A DNA stretch of 64,000 nucleotides, taken from positions 129,471 to 193,470 of the forward strand of contig CAMPBT010000002.1 in assembly GCA_946641515.1 (NCBI GenBank). Direction: 5' to 3'. Below the pieces are notes generated by a model. The model was not told the DNA's origin and did not search any database. It saw only the letters and a program-made list of their open reading frames with translations. Position numbers and translations under genes: made by a program. The DNA comes from an uncultured Bacillales bacterium (GTDB lineage Bacteria; Bacillota_I; Bacilli_A; RFN20; CAG-449). Positions 18,113-26,481 of the stretch are shown in pieces (the stretch's first letter is position 1; every line of letters starts with the position of its first letter).

Positions 18113-19078
18113 TTATTTCTCTTTTACTTCACTTTTAGTGAATACTTTATTCTCTTTGTGCACTTTTATCCATTCATTTAATGGTAATTGAGCAAGAACA
18201 ACTGCACTAAAAATAATTATACAGCCAATTAATTCTGCAGTATGCATTTCTTGTTTTAATACAAAGACACCAAAGATTAATGAGAAGACACTTTCTAAGG
18301 ACATAATTAATCCTGCGATAGTTTCTGGAATATATTTTTGAGTTACGTTTTGTAATGTATATCCTATTGCCGCGGAAATTACCCCAATATAGAATAAAGA
18401 AGGTGTCGCGTTTAATATCCCTTCCCAAGTAACTTGACCTTTATCCACAAATAGAGCAATTAAGCCAGAAATAATACTTGAATAGATTAATTGAACTAAG
18501 GATAAATCGACTGGATCTAGATGCTTTTCATTTACTAAATAATTAACACACATAATTTGAATAGCATAAGAAAATGCACTTCCAAATAAGATAGAATCAG
18601 ACCATTCAAAAGATAGTCCTCCATCTGTACATAGCAAATAAACTCCACACATTGCAATCACTACTGCTAGATAAGTATTCCACGAACTATATTTCTTAAA
18701 GAAAAGGCTAATAATAGGAATAATTAAAATATAGGATGTAGTAATAAATCCAGTCTTTCCTACTGTATGATAGACAAGTCCATATTGTTGTAAAACACCA
18801 CCCGCACATAGCATTAATCCACATATAAATCCACCAACAAGAAGATCTTTAGAAAAGAAATTATTCTTATTATTACCCTCTTCTTTATCATCTTTCTTTT
18901 TATGACAATGTCGATAAATTACTACAGGAGCTAAAGCAATACTTGCAAATAAGAATCTAATAGCAGAGATAGTAAATGAAGGAATATATTTAATTGCAAT
19001 ATCTTGAAACACAAAAGCTAGTCCCCAAATAATAGAGACTAGTAATAATATCGAAGATGCAAATATTTGTTTTTTCAT
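18113..19078 (-). CDS. EamA/DMT-family transporter
   Basis: Ten hydrophobic helices in two EamA-like halves. Confidence 0.65.
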   Translation of the reverse strand: MKKQIFASSILLLVSIIWGLAFVFQDIAIKYIPSFTISAIRFLFASIALAPVVIYRHCHKKKDDKEEGNNKNNFFSKDLLVGGFICGLMLCAGGVLQQYGLVYHTVGKTGFITTSYILIIPIISLFFKKYSSWNTYLAVVIAMCGVYLLCTDGGLSFEWSDSILFGSAFSYAIQIMCVNYLVNEKHLDPVDLSLVQLIYSSIISGLIALFVDKGQVTWEGILNATPSLFYIGVISAAIGYTLQNVTQKYIPETIAGLIMSLESVFSLIFGVFVLKQEMHTAELIGCIIIFSAVVLAQLPLNEWIKVHKENKVFTKSEVKEK

Positions 19079-19146
19079 AAATAAAAATTGAATCCAACCT
19101 TATTCATTCTAGTAAGAATGAGAGTCAAATTCAATCTTTATATTAA

Positions 19147-19863
19147 TTACTCTTCAATGTAGTCAAAACGTTTTGAATTCATTTGGATATTTAAATTACC
19201 ATTGATTGCACGTAATTCATCAATTAATTCTTTTTGAGAAACTCCATTTTTAAGTTCAATTGTATAAGATAAAGTAAACATTGTACCTAAATCTGAAGTT
19301 CTAATTTTCTTTAAGAATACCTTATTTGTATATTTCTTAAATGTATCTACAAAGCATGTTTCATAATCAATATCTTCTGGAATAGTAACTTTTAATGAAT
19401 ATTGATTTCTTGAAACAAATGGGAAGTTGATAAATTTTAATACAACTAAGACAACGATTAATAGGGCAACAATAATTACTGCATATCCTACAAAGCCTAA
19501 ACCTAATGCTGTACCTAAAGCAGTCATAAAGAATAAATAAGTTAATTCTTCTGAAGATCTAGGAGCACTTCTCCATCTAGTCATTGTGAAGATGCTTGCA
19601 ACGGCTACCCCTGCTCTTAAAAGTTTAGCCTCTGTATCTGTCGCACTTAATACTCCAGTTAAATAGAAAGCAATTAACATAAGTGCAGTTGCAACAAATG
19701 GATAAATAACTAAAGTAATTGTATATTCTCTAGAATAGCCTTGTTCTTTCTTTAGTAATGCATAAACTACTGAGAAAACAAAACCTAAACCTAAAGAACT
19801 AAGTAATAAGACAATAATTTTCCAAGCTTCGATTGTCTCTAAAGATAAAATTGATCCAAACAT
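19147..19863 (-). CDS. DUF4956-like membrane protein (partner of VTC-domain protein)
   Basis: N-terminal TM helices and a C-terminal soluble domain, immediately downstream of the VTC-like gene. The family assignment comes from the remembered gene pairing, not an alignment. Confidence 0.4.
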   Translation of the reverse strand: MFGSILSLETIEAWKIIVLLLSSLGLGFVFSVVYALLKKEQGYSREYTITLVIYPFVATALMLIAFYLTGVLSATDTEAKLLRAGVAVASIFTMTRWRSAPRSSEELTYLFFMTALGTALGLGFVGYAVIIVALLIVVLVVLKFINFPFVSRNQYSLKVTIPEDIDYETCFVDTFKKYTNKVFLKKIRTSDLGTMFTLSYTIELKNGVSQKELIDELRAINGNLNIQMNSKRFDYIEE

Positions 19864-19867
19864 ATTA

Positions 19868-20590
19868 TTACTCCTCTCCACATAATTTGCTATTTACGTA
19901 ATAGTTCTTATATTCAGTACCATATTTTGAAAAAGATTTTGGTCTAATTGAACATTCATTAAGTGCTCGTGCTAGCCATAAAGGATAATTACTAACATAT
20001 TTTATTTCTAAGATATATTTATCTTTATCAAGTAAATTATCCTCATAATCTACACATTCAAATGATGGATTATCTCTATTTGTATGAATGTTGTTATCAA
20101 AAGTAATTCTTAATTCACTATTAGTTTTATCAAATAACGCTAAGCGATCATAAGATAAATAAACTTTAGGAATTAATTTATATCTTTTTAATACCCAACC
20201 AATTTCTTTAACTGCTTGTTGTTCTTGAAATGAATTTCTAACAGGTTCAACATTATCATTTATAAATGAATCAAGTTCATCACCTGAAAGAGTTATTCTT
20301 CTTTTACCAACAACACCGTTATATTTCTTTTTAACTTCAAGGAAGTAATTATTCATTCCTGTATATTTTCTAACTCTAATCTTTTCTTTATATTCTGGAC
20401 TTTGCAATGATTTACGAATCAATAAATCATCGGAGGTATCGTAATATACATTATGAATTGTATAAGTTTTTTCATTTTGACAATATGGATCAAAATCCAT
20501 ATGTGCAAGTAAAATACGTAACAAAGCATTCTTTTGCTCTTCAGTTACGATATACTTTTTTTCTACTCTACGGAATGATAAAAGTGCCAT
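19868..20590 (-). CDS. VTC (polyphosphate polymerase)-domain-containing protein
   Basis: FRRVEKKYIV...VYYDT..LLIRKS...PEYKEKIRVRKY pattern, as seen in bacterial VTC/CYTH-like triphosphate tunnel proteins. Confidence 0.55.
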   Translation of the reverse strand: MALLSFRRVEKKYIVTEEQKNALLRILLAHMDFDPYCQNEKTYTIHNVYYDTSDDLLIRKSLQSPEYKEKIRVRKYTGMNNYFLEVKKKYNGVVGKRRITLSGDELDSFINDNVEPVRNSFQEQQAVKEIGWVLKRYKLIPKVYLSYDRLALFDKTNSELRITFDNNIHTNRDNPSFECVDYEDNLLDKDKYILEIKYVSNYPLWLARALNECSIRPKSFSKYGTEYKNYYVNSKLCGEE

Positions 20591-20648
20591 ATTATTACCT
20601 CCTTTCGATGTTATAAAATATGTACAACTTAAAAATTATTTTTATTGG

Positions 20649-21266
20649 TTAAAAAATGTTTTTTAGGTCTAATAAATTACAAATTATGTAATCTGATACA
20701 CCTTTTCCAAACTTGTTATCTTGGTATTTAGCAAAGCCATTTTTAAGCCAAACTGTTGTAAAACCTAATTCTTTACTTGGAACAATATCATTTTGAATAA
20801 TATCACCAATCATTACTGATTCACTTGCCTTAGCATTAGCCATATTTAAAACTCTAATAAAGAATTCTTTATTAGGTTTATTTACGCCCATTTCAGCAGA
20901 AGAACCTACAACATCAAAATAATCTCTAATACCATATGATTTTAATCTATCTTCAGTACCTAGAGGTTGATTAGCGATAATTCCGAGTTTATATCCTTTA
21001 TTCTTTAAATATTTTAAAATCTCTGGTGCTTCATCTAGTAAAACATCATATTCACTAGGCCAAGGAGCTTTTTTTAGTTTAAAATATTTTAAAGCTTCAT
21101 CTTCTCCATTTAGGCCTAATTTTTCTAATTCCATACGCTTTTCTTTATATTGATCAAAGGTAATACTTGTTCCTTTAATCATATTTTTTGCGCGTTCATC
21201 ATATGTTCTTTCTTCATTAACTAAAGTAGAACCAATGTCAAAAAATATCCATTTAATATTATTCAT
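20649..21266 (-). CDS. HAD-superfamily hydrolase (subfamily IA-like)
   Basis: Motif I FFDIGSTLV and motif IV VMIGDIIQND. Confidence 0.7.
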   Translation of the reverse strand: MNNIKWIFFDIGSTLVNEERTYDERAKNMIKGTSITFDQYKEKRMELEKLGLNGEDEALKYFKLKKAPWPSEYDVLLDEAPEILKYLKNKGYKLGIIANQPLGTEDRLKSYGIRDYFDVVGSSAEMGVNKPNKEFFIRVLNMANAKASESVMIGDIIQNDIVPSKELGFTTVWLKNGFAKYQDNKFGKGVSDYIICNLLDLKNIF

Positions 21267-21344
21267 ACAAATATAATAATGAATTATTTAGATTAAAAAA
21301 AGAGTTAACTTCAACTTCGAAAAGTTTAAAGTTAACTCTCTATC

Positions 21345-21893
21345 TTATATAGCTTCTTCTAATTCTTCATCTTTATTATCTACAAAGAACTTAATCATTG
21401 GTTTCTTTAATGCAAAATATAAAGGAATACCTACTCCATATATAGCAAGAGCTTCTCCTCCGCAGACAACCCCAAAAGTAAGCCAATATGCTCCAGGATT
21501 ATTTTCAATAAATCCATAAATTAAAAATGTGACTGGGACTAAGAAAGCATTCGCAATTACTGCAACTAAACCAAATAATGGTAATCTAAAATAATCTTTC
21601 TTAAAGAATTTACCAACAAGTATAATCCATACTCCACCTAAAATAGTAGCGCTTGTTCCAATTACTGCGTCCCAAGGACCAATACCACCAAGTAATAAAT
21701 TGAATAAGAAGCAACCAACAGAGCATCCAATTACTACTTCTGGAACAAATAATCCAAGTACTAATAAGCCTTCAGCAAGTCTAACGTTAACCATAAATCC
21801 AGATGCTAAAGGCCCTTCAATAGCACACATTGCGAAATATAATGCTCCAATGAGTGCACTTAGTGTCATTCTTTTAACAATACTTTTCTTCAT
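21345..21893 (-). CDS. Small 6-TM membrane protein, ECF-transporter S-component-like (QueT-like family is only a guess)
   Basis: ~183 aa, almost entirely hydrophobic. Start at MKKSIV with RBS AAAGGAGA. A structured leader lies upstream. Confidence 0.4.
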   Translation of the reverse strand: MKKSIVKRMTLSALIGALYFAMCAIEGPLASGFMVNVRLAEGLLVLGLFVPEVVIGCSVGCFLFNLLLGGIGPWDAVIGTSATILGGVWIILVGKFFKKDYFRLPLFGLVAVIANAFLVPVTFLIYGFIENNPGAYWLTFGVVCGGEALAIYGVGIPLYFALKKPMIKFFVDNKDEELEEAI

Positions 21894-21898
21894 ATAAA

Positions 21899-21937
21899 AA
21901 ATCTCCTTTGTGCCCAAATTGAAAACATAGGAGATTT
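21899..21937 (-). promoter_or_regulatory. SD-sequestering hairpin in the leader of the 21345-21893 gene
   Basis: Perfect 9-bp inverted repeat AAATCTCCT...AGGAGATTT with a 21-nt loop. The 3' arm contains the AGGAG ribosome-binding site 8 nt before the ATG. Confidence 0.5.
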
Positions 21938-22059
21938 ATTATATAAAAATAAAAAATAGTCCTAGTTTTGTTTAAAGGAAGGATGGTTCATGAACTCCCT
22001 AGTCTTACGACTTTATATATCATAACTAATACATTATTATTTTTCAATAAATTTAAACT

Positions 22060-22205
22060 TGAACAGAAAAACTCCCTTCGCCAAAGCAAAGGGAGTTCTC
22101 CTGAAGTTTAAATGCCCATCAATCAAGCATTAGCACTTTGCTCCTATCGAAGTAAGTTGCTGGTGGATCATGAGGCTTGCCCCTCCCCACACTCTTAATG
22201 GTAGT
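22060..22205 (-). ncRNA. Candidate small RNA or riboswitch-like element of unknown class, with its own promoter and terminator
   Basis: Locally GC-rich core (GTGTGGGGAGGGGCAAGCCTCATGATCCACCAGCAAC) in an AT-rich intergenic region. It starts just downstream of a minus-strand TTGCTA-16-TATAAT promoter (22208-22235) and ends in the hairpin AACTCCCTT-TGCTTTGGCG-AAGGGAGTT plus a U-run (22062-22098). A second promoter-like TTGAAA-17-TATGAT lies between it and the downstream gene. Confidence 0.35.
22062..22098 (-). terminator. Rho-independent terminator (ends the candidate small RNA and czcD read-through)
   Basis: 9-bp GC-containing stem followed by TTTTTCTGTT on the minus strand. Confidence 0.6.
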
Positions 22206-22207
22206 TA

Positions 22208-22235
22208 TATTATATAATAGATAAATCAAATAGCA
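22208..22235 (-). promoter_or_regulatory. Putative sigma-A promoter (TTGCTA, 16 nt, TATAAT) driving the candidate small RNA
   Basis: Hexamers read on the minus strand. Confidence 0.35.
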
Positions 22236-22286
22236 AAGGATAAAAACATATTTAATCAATGTTTGTTAGACAAGAACAAATAATCT

Positions 22287-23192
22287 TTATTTCTCACGAT
22301 ATGGATTAACATGAATTTGACAGTGTTTAATATCTGGATAAGTAGCTTCTAAATAATCATGAATAGAATCCGCGATTAAATCAGATTCAATTAAAGTAAG
22401 ATTCTTATCTAAACAAATATCTACATCAACATAAATCTTATTCGCGAATTGTCTAGTTTTTAAAGTTTGAATTTCTTTAACATCTTTAAACTCTTCAATA
22501 GATTTTTTAATTTTACTAACAATCTCATCTGGAGCAGCTTTATCTACTAATTGATTAACTGCTTCTTTTTCAATATCAAATGCAACTTTTAAAATAAATA
22601 AGCAAATAATTAAAGAAGCAATAGGGTCAAGTAAAGCAAAGTTTCCACCAATCATTAAACCAATTACACCAAAAGTAGAACCAATTGAAGATAATGAATC
22701 AGATAAATGATGGAAGGCATCTGCCTTTAATGAGCAAGAATTAAGTTTTTTTGCAATTCTATATGTATAAATGAACATAAAGCCTTTAATAAGAATAGAA
22801 AGAATTGCGCTAATTAAAGCAAGATACGCTAAATTACTAGGCTCAATCTTTTCTCCTTGAACAAAAGCAATAATTGTTTTTACTCCAGAATACCCAATAC
22901 CTAAAGCAGTTATAGCAAGTAATATGCCTAAAAATATAGAAGCAATAGATTCAAATCTTTCATGACCATAAGGGTGGTCAACATCACTTTCTTTTGAAGC
23001 AATACGTGCACCAATCATCACAATGAAAGTAGTAAATACATCAGATAAAGAATGAACAGCATCAGAAATCATAGAAGAAGATGAAGCAAGTAAACCTGCC
23101 ACAAATTTAAGTGCCGATAAAACAACATTCCAAACGATAGTTACTATCCCTACTTTATGAATAGTTTGTTCATACGATAATACTTTTTTCAT
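22287..23192 (-). CDS. czcD: Cation diffusion facilitator family divalent-metal efflux transporter
   Basis: Six TM helices with HSLSD and H..D CDF metal-site motifs (SDAVHSLSDVFTT, AFHHLSDSLSS) and a C-terminal cytoplasmic domain. RBS AAAGGAG. Confidence 0.8.
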   Translation of the reverse strand: MKKVLSYEQTIHKVGIVTIVWNVVLSALKFVAGLLASSSSMISDAVHSLSDVFTTFIVMIGARIASKESDVDHPYGHERFESIASIFLGILLAITALGIGYSGVKTIIAFVQGEKIEPSNLAYLALISAILSILIKGFMFIYTYRIAKKLNSCSLKADAFHHLSDSLSSIGSTFGVIGLMIGGNFALLDPIASLIICLFILKVAFDIEKEAVNQLVDKAAPDEIVSKIKKSIEEFKDVKEIQTLKTRQFANKIYVDVDICLDKNLTLIESDLIADSIHDYLEATYPDIKHCQIHVNPYREK

Positions 23193-23199
23193 AAATAAA

Positions 23200-23350
23200 A
23201 AACTCCTTTCCCTTCGCTAGAATAAGGAGTTCTATATATTATATTGATATATAAAACACCTATGAGATATATCCGTCCCACAGGTGTTATTATTTCCTGT
23301 TGCCGCTAGGCCCGACTGCATGAATAATCATCGTCTGATCAGATTGTAAT
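23200..23350 (-). promoter_or_regulatory. Candidate NiCo (czcD-motif) metal riboswitch with terminator-type expression platform in the czcD leader
   Basis: On the minus strand: GC-rich structured element (TGCAGTCGGGCCTAGCGGCAACAGG...CACCTGTGGGACGG) ~100-150 nt upstream of the czcD ATG, then hairpin ACACCTGTGGGACGGATATATCTCATAGGTGT plus a U-run, then a second helix AACTCCTT...AGGAGTT that pairs with the RBS. The czcD motif is known to precede CDF transporter genes in Firmicutes. Confidence 0.45.
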
Positions 23351-23511
23351 GTAGCATATAGCATTGCAAAGAGATGCCATTATCATATTGTGAATTTTCT
23401 AACTTGTCAATATGGGCAAAAGATTATCTAAAAAGTTAGTTTTTGCTAATTATTGTCATAATTATATTATTAGCATTATAAATAAATATGTTATACCAAA
23501 AAGCATTGGAA

Positions 23512-24036
23512 CTAAACCCCAACGTCTAATAAACTATTTCTTTGATTATTGCTACGAATTCTATCTGTAATATTATCAATTGCAATTACTAATGATAAAT
23601 AGAACATATAATGTTCTTCATCATCAATATGAAGGACAAATGAGTCTCTTAATGAAATCATTCTAGATACATGGCCTACTTCTTTACCATTAAGAACAAT
23701 ATGATAATCAAAACCAAGAATATTACCAGTAATTTCCATATCACCGAATTCACATTTTACATAATATTTACTATGTAAGAAGTTAAAAATTCTTCTCTTA
23801 ACAACCGCAACTTTTTCATGTTCACTTGAGTCATAGACAAATGCGCTGTATCTAAATAATCTCCAGAACTTATTTCTAACAACATATTTAGTGTTACCAT
23901 TTAAGTCTTGAACATATTTTTTACTAGTTACTGTCCAAAATTTACCTTTAACGAAAGCAATATCATTTTCGTTTAAATCTTTAACAACAGTTGAACCTCT
24001 TAAAGAAATCCATTTATTTCTGATTGCTATATCCAT
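23512..24036 (-). CDS. LURP-one-related / YxjI-like (tubby C-terminal-like, DUF567) protein
   Basis: 174-aa soluble protein with an alternating hydrophobic pattern (FWTVTSKKYVQDLNGNTKYVVRNKFWRL, EFGDMEITGNILGFDY) reminiscent of the family. Assigned from memory only. Confidence 0.4.
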   Translation of the reverse strand: MDIAIRNKWISLRGSTVVKDLNENDIAFVKGKFWTVTSKKYVQDLNGNTKYVVRNKFWRLFRYSAFVYDSSEHEKVAVVKRRIFNFLHSKYYVKCEFGDMEITGNILGFDYHIVLNGKEVGHVSRMISLRDSFVLHIDDEEHYMFYLSLVIAIDNITDRIRSNNQRNSLLDVGV

Positions 24037-24294
24037 ATATTATATCTCCTATTACCTGTTACTTTTATAATAAAAAGAATTTCAAAAAAAGGCAATATGC
24101 TAGAATCATTGTTGTTTTTGCATAATGGAGTTTAAAAACAATTTTAAGCATCTATTCATAATTTAATTTTTTTGTTATTAATACATATTTTAAATAATTA
24201 AAAGAGATGAATCCAAACACTCTAACTGTCAAGTGAATGAATAAACATCTCTATAACAATGAAATAACATATTTAGTAACGCTACATTTTGAAG

Positions 24295-24630
24295 TTATTT
24301 AAAAGTATCTCTCCATCTATATTTAGGATTTTCTTTTAATTTGTTTTGGTATTCTTGTTTTAAAATATTAACAGTTTTTTCATTTCTATCACCAATAGCG
24401 TCATAATCCAAAACTTGTTTCAAATCATATACCCATCCACAATGGCTACAATGAACATTATATATTTCAATCGGATCAGTTATTCTAACTTTTTCTCCAT
24501 TAGTTGGATCTATTCTATAAGTCTCGACCTCATCATCTTTAGATTCGTTAATAAACCAATCTAAATCATCAAATTCTTCTTTGTCACACACTGGGCATTT
24601 AAATGGGAATCTTATTTTTTCTTTTTCCAT
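24295..24630 (-). CDS. Cysteine-rich zinc-ribbon protein (CPxC...CxHCGW, CPCC-family-like)
   Basis: FKCPVCDKEEFDD and VHCSHCGWVYD motifs in a 111-aa protein. A palindrome GTGTGACACAC sits ~20 nt upstream of its RBS. Confidence 0.4.
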   Translation of the reverse strand: MEKEKIRFPFKCPVCDKEEFDDLDWFINESKDDEVETYRIDPTNGEKVRITDPIEIYNVHCSHCGWVYDLKQVLDYDAIGDRNEKTVNILKQEYQNKLKENPKYRWRDTFK

Positions 24631-24723
24631 TGTATTACTCCTTTCTTATTACGTGTGTCACACTGCCATAAATACAACAAAAATTTTTAAAAACAGTTTT
24701 GATGCAAAGCCAAATTAAGAATG

Positions 24724-25770
24724 TTATTTTAATCTAATATAATATGTTGACTTACCAACGCCTTCTTTTCTTATAACGCCTGAATCACATAATTCTTTTA
24801 AACTTCTTTCGATACTAGTTGATGATAATGAAGGCACGAGTTCTAGTATATCTCTCTTTGTAAATTTTCCCAGTTTTGAATTAACTGCCATTCTTACCAC
24901 TTCAATACTAGGCTTCTTGTCTGACACTAATTCTACTCTTTCTTCAAAATCATTATATGCACTAACAATTGTACTTAACAAATATTTAATAAATGGAGTA
25001 GCGTCATCTTCATTTTCGTGCCATCCAATTTGAGAATCATATAATGCATCATAATATAAATCTTTATTCTTAGCTATCTTAGCTTCAAGTGATATATACT
25101 TTCCTACATAATAACCAGAACGATATAGAAGCAGTGTCGTTAATAATCTTGACATTCTTCCGTTCCCATCAATAAAAGGGTGGATACATAAAAAGTCATG
25201 AATGAACAGCGGAATTAAAATAAGTGGATCTACTACTCCTTCACCAAGAGCTCTATTGTATTCATCGCATAATTCTTGCATTGCGATTGGTGTCTCAAAT
25301 GGTGATAATGGAGTGAATAAAGTATATGACTTACCATTTTCATTAGTTGCACTAATATAATTTTGGACATTCTTATATTTTCCACCATACGAAGTTGATG
25401 TATGAGACAACAATACTTTATGTAATTGAAGAATAAAATTAGGGGTTATAGGAATTGAATCAAAATTTTCATGTACAATGTTTAGTGCATCTCTATATCC
25501 TGCAATTTCTTCTTCAGCTCTATTTTTAGGAGCCGTTTTTTCATTCACTAATTGTTTTAGTCTAGTATTAGTTGTCCTAATACCCTCAATTTCATTAGAT
25601 GATTCAGTACTTTGTATTTTTGCAATAATAACTAATTTTTCTAATTCTTCAGGCTTTTGCTTTAAGAACAATTGTTGTTTACCTTTTTCTTCATGGATTT
25701 GAGTCAAATAATTAATTATCTTGATATCCCAAGTTTTATTTTTTAAGTTTGAGTAGTTAAATTTCTTCAT
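24724..25770 (-). CDS. Fic/DOC family protein (putative AMPylator) with N-terminal inhibitory motif and C-terminal winged-helix
   Basis: Canonical Fic motif HPFIDGNGRMSRLL. An SNEIEG segment fits the class-II inhibitory helix consensus (S/T)xxxE(G/N). The C-terminus ...ILELVPSLSSTSIERSLKELCDSGVIRKEG looks like a winged helix-turn-helix (wHTH). Confidence 0.8.
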   Translation of the reverse strand: MKKFNYSNLKNKTWDIKIINYLTQIHEEKGKQQLFLKQKPEELEKLVIIAKIQSTESSNEIEGIRTTNTRLKQLVNEKTAPKNRAEEEIAGYRDALNIVHENFDSIPITPNFILQLHKVLLSHTSTSYGGKYKNVQNYISATNENGKSYTLFTPLSPFETPIAMQELCDEYNRALGEGVVDPLILIPLFIHDFLCIHPFIDGNGRMSRLLTTLLLYRSGYYVGKYISLEAKIAKNKDLYYDALYDSQIGWHENEDDATPFIKYLLSTIVSAYNDFEERVELVSDKKPSIEVVRMAVNSKLGKFTKRDILELVPSLSSTSIERSLKELCDSGVIRKEGVGKSTYYIRLK

Positions 25771-26335
25771 TTTTCTCACCATCCTTATTATTTACGCACC
25801 AATTATTTCACTTTTGGTGGGAAAAATCAATTATTCGTGCTTTTTTGATAATAGTTTATTATATAGATGCTCGCATTTTTACAATCTTTCTCGTAAAACT
25901 GAATACCAAATGAGAGAATAAATAAAATTTTTTCTCCTCATATCAGTGAATTTCTCGTCAATAACATTATTTTTGGTGCGTAAACCCTTTTTATAATTAT
26001 ATTTATAAACTCTAAGTTTATATGTTATCATTGCAAAAAATAAAATTACACTCTAGTCTATAAGGCTAGAGTTTTTAATTTGTAAAAACTGTCACGATTG
26101 TCACGTGTCACGTGGGGGTATTTATAAAAATTTATATTTCTTCTCTTATATATAGTAAATAGTAGTTTAACGATTAATAATAATTTAACGATTTAATTTT
26201 GTATATAAATGCTATATATACTACTACTGCTCTATTTATTGTAGAAATACCCTATGAATCATTATTATTTGCAGTATTTATACCTAAAAAAGAAAAAATA
26301 GCCAATACTTACGTATCAGCTATACTTAACTCTAA

Positions 26336-26409
26336 TGGTGCCCCAACGCGGAATCGAACCACGAACGGATCCTTACCATGGATCTGTTATGCCATTTAAC
26401 TATTGGGGC
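26336..26409 (-). tRNA. tRNA-Thr (anticodon GGU)
   Basis: Reverse complement reads GCCCCAATAGTTAAATGGCATAACAGATCCATGGTAAGGATCCGTTCGTGGTTCGATTCCGCGTTGGGGCACCA, with anticodon loop ATGGTAA. Confidence 0.85.
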
Positions 26410-26481
26410 AATAGCACTTAAAATTGTAATTGTTCTAAGTGCCTATGTCAATCTATAAACTTCCGTTTATAAAGTTAAAAA

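Noticed and set aside
22100-22200. SRP RNA, 6S RNA, T-box, TPP, SAM, glycine or cobalamin riboswitch identity for the GC-rich element
   Set aside because: Checked by eye against remembered consensus sequences (GGAA/AGCAGC of SRP, CUGAGA of TPP, T-box AGGGUGG, B12 box GCCACUG and others). None matched convincingly, so the class is left open.
23193-26335. Genomic island integrated at tRNA-Thr
   Set aside because: No integrase, no direct repeat of the tRNA 3' end, and no clear compositional shift. Kept only as a weak accessory-islet suggestion.
26199-26399. 66-aa plus-strand ORF
   Set aside because: Overlaps tRNA-Thr on the opposite strand in an AT-rich spacer with no RBS.
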